Part shown: in pieces, positions 56,863-64,000 of the stretch
Position numbering within the stretch: the first letter of the stretch is position 1
How the letters are laid out: the number at the start of each line of letters is the position of its first letter
Source: an uncultured Acidobacteriota bacterium
GTDB lineage: Bacteria; Acidobacteriota; Thermoanaerobaculia; UBA5066; Gp7-AA6
Reading direction: 5' to 3'
NCBI GenBank assembly: GCA_963739435.1
Contig: CAVUAN010000005.1
Location: 41,609 to 105,608 of the forward strand
Length of the DNA stretch: 64,000 nucleotides
Notes under the pieces: model-generated
What the model saw: the letters and a program-made list of their open reading frames with translations, nothing else
Databases searched by the model: none
What the model was told of the DNA's origin: nothing
Program-made: the position numbers and the translations under genes

Positions 56863-58055
56863 GCTCGAACGAACCGCTCCGACCGTCCTCCGTCGTCGCG
56901 CCCGAGCGGCCAGCCGCGGCCGCGAAGCCCGGCACGTACGCCAACCGCATCGACCGCTTTCTCTCGATTCTGCCGACCTCGAACGGCTCCGACCTGCACC
57001 TGGCCGTCGGCTCGCCGCCGCTCATCCGGATCGACGGCGAGCTCGAGCGCAGCCGGCACCGCCCCTTGAAGCAGGGCGACTTCTTCAACCTCGTCCGCCC
57101 CATCACTCCCCCGGCGCTCTGGGACCGTTACGTCGCCTGCGGGGACGCCGATTTCGCCTACCAGATGGGCCGGGACGCGCGCTTCCGCGTCAACCTCTTC
57201 ACGCAGGAGCACGGGATGGCGGCGGTCTTCCGCCTGATCCCGTGGCGGATCCCCACGGTCGAAGAGCTCGGGCTGCCGGCCTCCGTGGCGGCCCTCGCGG
57301 TTGCCGAGCGGGGCCTCATCCTGGTCACCGGTCCGACGGGCAGCGGCAAGTCCACGACGCTGGCCGCCCTGCTCGACCGGGTCAACAAGCGCTTCTCGCA
57401 CCACGTCATCACGATCGAGGACCCCGTCGAGTTCGTGCACACGAATCAGAAATCCATCTTCACCCAGCGCGAGATCGGCAACGACGTGGCGTCGTTCGCC
57501 GACGGCGTCAAGGCCGCGATCCGCGAGGACCCCGACTGCCTGCTGGTCGGCGAGATGCGCGACCTCGAGACCATTCGCATGGCCCTCTCGGCCGCCGAGA
57601 CCGGGCTGCTCGTCTTCGGCACGCTGCACACCAACTCCGCGGCGAAGGCCATCGACCGGATCATCGACGCCTTTCCCGTCAGCGAACAGGACCAGATCCG
57701 CATCGTGCTGGCGGAGACACTGCGCGCCGTCGTCGCACAGCAGCTCCTGAGGAAGAAGGAGAAGGGCCGGGTGGCGGCCTACGAGGTCCTGCTCGGGTCG
57801 ACCGCTCTTTCCAACGCGATCCGCGAAGGCAAGACGAACCTCATCAACAACCAGATCCAGACCGGCCGGGCCAAGGGCATGGTCTCGATGGACCAGTCCC
57901 TGAGGGAGCTCGTGCGCGGCGAGGTGGTCGAGCCTTCGGAGGCCCTCGAGCGGGCCATCGACAAGGAGACCTTCAAGACGACGATCGCGGGGATGGGCGT
58001 CCGGAAGCCGGCCCCTTCTCCCCCGCCCCCCCGCCCGACGACAGGCGCAGGGTAA
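56859..58055 (+). CDS. pilT: PilT retraction ATPase
   Basis: GTGA-coupled start; GSDLHL, RFRVNLF, GPTGSGKST, TIEDPVE, REDPD.LLVGEMRD, TLHT, AIREGK. Confidence 0.93.
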
Positions 58056-59761
58056 AGACCGCGCCGCCGCCGGGGCGGGCGTCGACCTCGACGGTGCCGC
58101 CGTGCAGCTCGGCGATGCGGGCCACGATCGCCAGGCCGAGACCCGCCCCGTCCTCCTTGGTCGAGTAGAACGGCAGGAAGATCTTCTCGCGCTGCCCCGG
58201 CTCGATGCCCGGGCCGCGGTCTCCAACTGACAGCGCGACCTCCCCCGCGCCGACCCGGCCCGTGAGCACGACGGCTCCCGCATCGGTCCGGCGCCCCGGC
58301 GGCGTCGCCTCAACGGCGTTGCGCAGCAGGTTGGCCAGCGCCCGCCGCAGGAGAACCGGCGAGCCGGGCACCTGCGGAAAGTCGCCGGACCGGGACACCG
58401 CCACTCCGGGAAATGCGCTTTCCGTCTCGCGCGCCGCCGCCTCGACGGTCTCCCCGAGAGAGACAGGCTCGGCCGCGAAACCGCCCGGCCGCGCAAAGAG
58501 AAGAAAGTCGCTCGTGATGCGGCTGATCTGCTGCGCCTCGCCGCGGATAGCTTTCAGGTGCTCGGCGGCGCGCTCCGGCTGGCGCAGGGCCAGGTCCGCG
58601 AAACCGTCGATCGCCGCCGCCGCGTTGCGGAACTCGTGGGCCGCGCCCGCGGAAACCTCGCCCAGGTCGGCGAGGTGGCGCGCCAGCGCCACGCGCGCCT
58701 CGAGGCGGCGCACCTCCGTCAAGTCCGTGAAGAGCGCCATGACGCCGAGAAAGCGGCCATCGGCTCCCTCGGCAGCCGTCGCGGTCACGCCGAGGACCTT
58801 CTCCGCGTCGCCCCGCCGCCAGTGGACCTCGCGCCGGCCGACGGGCGTGCGCTCGCCCCGGACACTCTCGATGGCGTCGCGAAAATCGGGCGCGTCGGCC
58901 AGCAGCGCCTCCACACGCAGGCCGCGCACGACAGCCGGCGCCATCAGGATCTCGCGGCCCGACTCGTTCAACTCCACCACCGTGCCGTCGGGATCGACCG
59001 AGAGGAGGCCGGTCGGGAGGTTTCGCGAGAGCGTGCGGGCCGACGTCTCGAGGTCATCGGCGCGCCCTTTTTCCGCCAGAGCGAGCCTTTCCAGCTCCCT
59101 GCTCCTTCTCGGAGAGCGCCTGAATCGTGGCCTCGAACCGAGCGATGACGAAGTCGCGCTCGTCGGCGTTCTTGAGCATGGCCGCCCCCGGCGCCGCTCC
59201 GGCCGCGGCGAGCAGCCGGTCGTAGGGCTGGAGCAGCGAACGCAGGTAGAACCAGGCCAGCACGACGAGCCCCGCTCCGGCGAGCGGGACGATGAACGAG
59301 AGCGTGCGAGCGTACGTCCTCAGCGACGCGCCGGGGCCGGGATCGAGAGCCACGACAAAGACCCGGTGCTGCGAGGCGATGGCCGAAAGCAGCAGCGCCG
59401 GGCGCAGGCGCCACTCGGATACCTGGCGTCCGGGAGCAGGCCGCTCGATCGGCAGCATGGCCGGGCCCTCGAGCGACAGGTCGCGCGAACGCACCCGCCG
59501 GCCGCGCTCGTCGTACGCCGCGAGAAAGAGGACATCGGGCTCGACCGCGACGCGGTCCATCGCCTCGAAGGGCTCTCCCTCGGCCATCGCGACGCGGCGG
59601 AGGATCTCGCCCGCGCGACGTTCCGTGATCCGGCTCGACCACTCCACGGCGCTGCGAAAGAAGAGCAGCATCACGAAGTTCAGGAGGAGGATGAGCAGCA
59701 GCGCGACCCACAGGAAGAGCCGCGACTCGCGCCGGAACGTCCGCGGGGCTTCAGTGTCCAT
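57973..59761 (-). CDS. Membrane PAS-histidine kinase (PilS/NtrB-like); +1 frameshift at ~59101
   Basis: Two TMs; AHEFRN H-box, NLLRNA, DRGPGI, FYSTK..GAGLGL. Confidence 0.85.
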
Positions 59762-59774
59762 GCGCAGCCTGATT

Positions 59775-60827
59775 CTAAGGCGAGGGGGCCGGCCGGAAGG
59801 CGAAGACGCGAGCTTCCCGGACGCCCCAGAAGGCGACGGAGAGCCAGACGAGGTGGCCCATGAACTGGGACGTGCCGGGCCAGGAGTATTGCCAGCCCAG
59901 GGTCCACGCGAGAGCCGAAGCCGTCGTGAGGACGTAGCCCGCGCCGCCAAAGAGGGCGCCCAGGGCGAGCGGCCAGACGAAGTACTGCGCTCCGAGCCCG
60001 GGGGCAAAGAAGAGCAGCACCAGGAAGACGAAAAGGCTGGCGCGGGCTCGCTCGTGGAAGCGCAGCCACCAGGCTGCGGCGCTCGCCGCCGCCAGCGCCG
60101 CCAGGGCCACCGGCAGCGCGAACCGCGCGTCGTAGTGCACGAACTCGGAGAAGCCGTAGGAGCGAGGCACGGCCCGATAGAACAGAACATGGTCGCGGAT
60201 CGCTCGCGCCTGTCCCGCAAACGGCAGGAAGAGCGCCGCCACCGCCGCGTACGCTGCCGCGACGGGCAACACGTCCGCCCGGCTCCTCAACCAGAGGATC
60301 GGGTGCACCGCCGTCACCTGCTTGATGGCCATGGAGAGGAACAGGAGCGGCGCCGCGCGCCACGTCGTCGCCGCGAGCAGCGCGGCCAGGAGGAAAAGGA
60401 CGGACAGGTTGTCGAACTGGCCCTGCACCGAGGAGGCCCAGATGAGCATCGGGTTGGCGGCAACCAGCGCGGCCGCGGGCCAGGGCCGAACGACCCGCGT
60501 CCTGCGGGCGAGACGGAAAACGAGCGCCGCCAGCGCGAGGTCGCCCAAAGAGAGCAGGGAGCGCGTCAGGCCGACAAACGAGAGGCCTGTCGCCCGCGAC
60601 GAGCGATCGAGGATCGCCACGACCCAGGACCACACGGGAGGGTAGTTGTACCGGTGTGTGCCCTCGTACAGAGGCTCGCCCTGGCGCAGAAGGTCCGCGA
60701 CGATTCCGTACGACTCGAGATCCACGGAGGGCGGAGCCGTCCAGGCCAGAAGAAAGCGAACCGCCATGCCGAGCGCGATGACCGCGACGCAGGCGGCAAC
60801 CGTGCCGCGAGACGTGCGCTCCTCCAT
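59775..60827 (-). CDS. GT-C fold membrane glycosyltransferase-like protein (GT87/PIG-M-like)
   Basis: DLESY, YNYPP, GD, NP, GQFD, IKQ, QYFVWP; ~10 TMs. Confidence 0.75.
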   Translation of the reverse strand: MEERTSRGTVAACVAVIALGMAVRFLLAWTAPPSVDLESYGIVADLLRQGEPLYEGTHRYNYPPVWSWVVAILDRSSRATGLSFVGLTRSLLSLGDLALAALVFRLARRTRVVRPWPAAALVAANPMLIWASSVQGQFDNLSVLFLLAALLAATTWRAAPLLFLSMAIKQVTAVHPILWLRSRADVLPVAAAYAAVAALFLPFAGQARAIRDHVLFYRAVPRSYGFSEFVHYDARFALPVALAALAAASAAAWWLRFHERARASLFVFLVLLFFAPGLGAQYFVWPLALGALFGGAGYVLTTASALAWTLGWQYSWPGTSQFMGHLVWLSVAFWGVREARVFAFRPAPSP

Positions 60828-60831
60828 ATTG

Positions 60832-61629
60832 CTACGGGAACAGAGCCCGATAGTGCGCGACGAGCGGCTGGCCGAAGAAGAGAGCGGCAACCGCGCCCAG
60901 AGCGAGGAAGACGCCGAACGGCAGCGCCATCTTCATGCTGCCCCGGCGCGCGGCAATGAGGACGAGCCCCACCAGGCTGCCGCAAACAGAGGCGAGGAGA
61001 ACCGTCACAAGGACTCCCGACGGCCCCAGGAACGCTCCCACCATTCCGAGCATCTTCACATCACCCAACCCCATGCCCTCCTGTTTTGCGACCTTCTCGT
61101 AGACCCAGGCCACGGCGAAGAGACCGCCTGCTCCGATGGCCGCTCCCAGCACGGCCGAGAGAGGCGTGCGCACCGCCGAAAAGAAGGAGAGAGCGATCCC
61201 CACGGCGATGCCCGACAGCGTGAGGAAATCCGGCAGCAGCTGGAACTCGGCGTCGATCAAGAGCAGCGCCAGGCAGGCCGAAACGAGGAATGCCGACGCC
61301 AGGAAGTCCGGGTAGGAGGGCGCCTTCAAAAAGCACAACGACCAGAGCGTTCCGTTCAAGAGCTCGACAGCGGGGTAGCGCGGAGAGATCGGGGCGCGGC
61401 AGTCCCGGCAGCGCGCCCGGAGGAGCAGCCAGGACACGAGCGGGATGTTGTCTCGCCCGCGCACGGGAGCTCCACAGGCCGGGCAGTGCGAGCCCGGACG
61501 CACGACCGACTCGCCGCGAGGCAGCCGGTGAACGAGGACGTTCAAGAAGCTGCCGATGACGAGGCCGAAAAGCAGGGCCACGACCGCTCCAAACGCCCCC
61601 AGGTCCGAAAACGGAGCGACGTGGGTCAT
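60832..61629 (-). CDS. pilD: Prepilin peptidase
   Basis: GSFLNV, SHCPAC...DNIP..SW....RCRDC, ID...LPD, GMGLGDVK, PFGVFL. Confidence 0.96.
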   Translation of the reverse strand: MTHVAPFSDLGAFGAVVALLFGLVIGSFLNVLVHRLPRGESVVRPGSHCPACGAPVRGRDNIPLVSWLLLRARCRDCRAPISPRYPAVELLNGTLWSLCFLKAPSYPDFLASAFLVSACLALLLIDAEFQLLPDFLTLSGIAVGIALSFFSAVRTPLSAVLGAAIGAGGLFAVAWVYEKVAKQEGMGLGDVKMLGMVGAFLGPSGVLVTVLLASVCGSLVGLVLIAARRGSMKMALPFGVFLALGAVAALFFGQPLVAHYRALFP

Positions 61630-63686
61630 TCGGCCCCGGGCCGGCCGCGGAGAAGAGCGAGCAGGGCGACGGCCAGGAGTGCGAGGCCAGAAAGGGCTGC
61701 GCCGATCTGAACCGAAAGGGGCTGATAGCGAAAGACCACCCGGTGCGGCCCGGACGTCAAGGCCACGGCGCGAAAGACCCCATCTGCCATCAGGATCTCG
61801 GTGGATCGCCCGTCCACCTCCGCCTTCCATCCCGGATAGAAGAGATCGGCGAGGACGAGCAGTCCGGCGGAATCCGAGGACACCTCGGCGACGACCTTTT
61901 CGGGCCGGTCTTCCGAAAAGCGCGCCACGAGCGACGGCCGCGCCGACGGAGAAGGCGGGAGACCGGCCTGCGGCGCGTGCTCGAGCAGCACCTCGCGGGA
62001 GATGTCCGTCTCCCCTTTCGCCACCCGAGCCCAGGCGCGTGCCGGGTCGGGCTCGATCCGGTACGCCGTGACGTACGAGACCCGCGGCCGATACGGGTTG
62101 ACCGGGGCTCGGAAGATCTCGCCCGCCTTGCGCGAGCCCATCTCCGGCGGAGGGAACATCGTCACGAGCACGCGCACTCCGGCCGCGCCGGCAGGCTGCA
62201 CGAAGCCGGCGGAGGCGTCGATCGAGTCGGCGATCTCGCGCGCGGCCAGAGTCGGCAGGGCCGCCGCGGTGCGCACCGTCGGCACGTCAAAGAGAAGGTT
62301 TGTGTAGCCGAGGAGCGCCTCCCTCTGGCGCCGCAGCGTCCCGGTGTCGAAACGGCCGGACTGCAGCGCCCAGAAGGCCACGTCCCGCATGGGAGGGGTC
62401 AGAACCCGGCCGGACATGTGCCGGAGCGGGCCCAGGGACGAGGGCACCTTCCTGATCTCCTCCTCCGGAGCGAAGACGAAAAGCCCCCGGCCGGCGAAAA
62501 ACAGGGACGCCGCCAGGGCGACCGCCGCCACAGAGGCCAGCGCCGCGCCCACGCCGGGCTTCGCCCGTGTCGCAAACCGCAGCGCGTCGCAGCCGAGCCC
62601 GGCCAGCACCGGCAGGGCAAAGAAGGTCAACGCCAGGGCCTTGGCGGGATACCGGACGCGGTCGAACGGCGGGAGGCTCCGCAGCCACTCCCCGGGCAAC
62701 CCGGCAGCCGAGGCGGCCGCTCCGGCGAGCGCGATGGCGAGCAGAAGCAGCGCCAGCGGACGCCGCTGCCGTTCCGCGAAGCCGGCGAGTGCGAGAAGGA
62801 GGCCGATCGGCCCGATGGCAAGAGAAGCCACGTACGTCGAGCCGCTGCGAAGCCCTCCCAACCCGACGAGGGAAACGAAAGCAGCCGGCCCGACGGCCCC
62901 GACCTCGCGGTCGGCGACAGACAGGGGCGTCTGCCTGTCCGAGTTGACGAGAAGTTCTCCCATCGGAACGAGAACCCATCCCGCCAGGGCGAGCCCGAGA
63001 CCGGCGCCCAGCACAAACCGCAGCGGCCCCTGCCAGGGTGGCGGCTGGACCCAGCCCGTTTGAGGGCGCTGCCGCGGCAACAGGGAGAAAACGGCTGCGA
63101 GAACGAGAGTGGCCCCGGAGATTTCCGGGCTGCCAGCCATCGCCTGCAAGCCGAGAAGCGCGGCGAGCCCCGCGACCGACCGCCGCGAGCGCAGGCCGGA
63201 GCGCGCCAGAGCCGCGATCAACGGCAGATACATGAAGGCGCCGAAGTGGTTCCAGTACGCCGACAGGGAAGCGGCAAAGCCGCTTCCCACAAAGAGCGCG
63301 GCGGAGGCGAAACAGGCCGGCGTCGACGCGCCCTCCTCGCGCAAGAATCGCCAGGCGCCCCACGCCCCGACGGCAAAATGAAGGAGCAGGTAGAGCGCGG
63401 CGGCAAGAGCCGGCGACGGCAGCAGGAAGAACAGCGTGGGAGGATAGAAGACCCCCGACTGCATGTTGGCCAGCCACGGCTCGCCCGCACCCGAGAGAGG
63501 GTTCCACAGGGGCACCTCGCGCGCAGCCAGGCGTCCGGCCGTGTAGAGCTTCACCGGGTAGAAGAAGTCTCCCTGGTCGCGAAAAGCAGGAGCCTTGTGT
63601 TCGAAGAGAGCGGGTGCGAGCCAGAGCACGGGACCGGCCAGCGCCAGCAGGAAAACCCCTCCCGTCAGTCCTCGGCGGCCGGCCAC
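61626..63686 (-). CDS. YfhO family membrane protein (GT-C-like)
   Basis: RD....FYP, PLWNP...GEP, FYPP, RYPAK, LADLFYPGWKAEVDG, FRAV...GPHRVVFRYQP. Confidence 0.85.
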   Translation of the reverse strand: MAGRRGLTGGVFLLALAGPVLWLAPALFEHKAPAFRDQGDFFYPVKLYTAGRLAAREVPLWNPLSGAGEPWLANMQSGVFYPPTLFFLLPSPALAAALYLLLHFAVGAWGAWRFLREEGASTPACFASAALFVGSGFAASLSAYWNHFGAFMYLPLIAALARSGLRSRRSVAGLAALLGLQAMAGSPEISGATLVLAAVFSLLPRQRPQTGWVQPPPWQGPLRFVLGAGLGLALAGWVLVPMGELLVNSDRQTPLSVADREVGAVGPAAFVSLVGLGGLRSGSTYVASLAIGPIGLLLALAGFAERQRRPLALLLLAIALAGAAASAAGLPGEWLRSLPPFDRVRYPAKALALTFFALPVLAGLGCDALRFATRAKPGVGAALASVAAVALAASLFFAGRGLFVFAPEEEIRKVPSSLGPLRHMSGRVLTPPMRDVAFWALQSGRFDTGTLRRQREALLGYTNLLFDVPTVRTAAALPTLAAREIADSIDASAGFVQPAGAAGVRVLVTMFPPPEMGSRKAGEIFRAPVNPYRPRVSYVTAYRIEPDPARAWARVAKGETDISREVLLEHAPQAGLPPSPSARPSLVARFSEDRPEKVVAEVSSDSAGLLVLADLFYPGWKAEVDGRSTEILMADGVFRAVALTSGPHRVVFRYQPLSVQIGAALSGLALLAVALLALLRGRPGAE

Positions 63687-63930
63687 GAGATCATTGTAGA
63701 CGCCGCGAGCCTCTCTCAGAGGTCCTCTGCTTCGAGCCGGCCCGACGGGTCCAGCCGGGCCCCCGTCGCGGCGCGAGGAGTCTCCGCGAAGTAACCGAGC
63801 GGAGGAGCCTCGCGCCGCGGGAGCGTAGTGCGGAGCGACGAGCCAGGCGCTCGGTCGAGGCCCTTTGGCCGAGCCGAGCGCCGGTGCGCCCCGGCGGGCG
63901 CAGGCTCGGCGATCCGCGCGAAGCGACGGT

Positions 63931-64000
63931 CTAGTGCTGAGCCCCTTCGGGCCACTGGAGGAAGGTGCCGTTGGAGAAGAGGATGTCGTCGTTGAAATCG
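63931..64000 (-). CDS. 3' end of a probable pilin/GspG-like gene
   Basis: DFNDDILFSNGTFLQWPEGAQH* resembles the C-terminus of acidobacterial GspG-like pilins; lies upstream of yfhO-pilD. Confidence 0.5.
   Translation of the reverse strand, partial: DFNDDILFSNGTFLQWPEGAQH

Noticed and set aside
57973-58055. 83-nt convergent overlap between pilT and the kinase
   Set aside because: Both tails are low-complexity; such 3' overlaps are common in GC-rich genomes

Overview
GC-rich bacterial chromosomal window, most likely Acidobacteriota (Thermoanaerobaculia-like; inferred from gene content and style, not tested). No CRISPR array, rRNA, tRNA or transposase was recognised. Main contents, left to right: (1) partial hflX and a TIGR02757/HhH-GPD-like gene; (2) an unusual Rieske/cytochrome b operon: 4x[4Fe-4S] ferredoxin, membrane-anchored HEAT protein, Tat Rieske, split b6-type cytochrome b with the heme ci Cys and an APWY Qo motif, a 1006-aa octaheme cytochrome c and a 45-aa membrane peptide; (3) yyaL, HDAC-family deacetylase, Ser/Thr kinase, S9 peptidase; (4) a long minus-strand run thiolase-methyltransferase-scoAB-lptD-rfbD-[phytol-kinase-like + DUF92 fusion]-UbiA; (5) yqgF-mltG and a pseudokinase-TonB fusion; (6) acyl-CoA carboxylase genes, tldD/pmbA, a TPR gene, an MXAN_5187-like gene and selA, several frameshifted, probably by sequencing indels; (7) two intergenic elements with long stems (candidate ncRNAs); (8) a ~21 kb type IV pilus region. 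The pilus region holds a sigma54-driven fimT-pilV-pilW-pilX-pilY1 operon whose PilY1 carries a ~320-aa Thr/Ser/Pro repeat inside its vWA domain, a HEAT-repeat-PilT fusion plus a second PilT, PilR/PilS-like regulators, and pilD flanked by two GT-C-type membrane glycosyltransferase-like genes. All calls come from motif recognition by eye; no database search was run.
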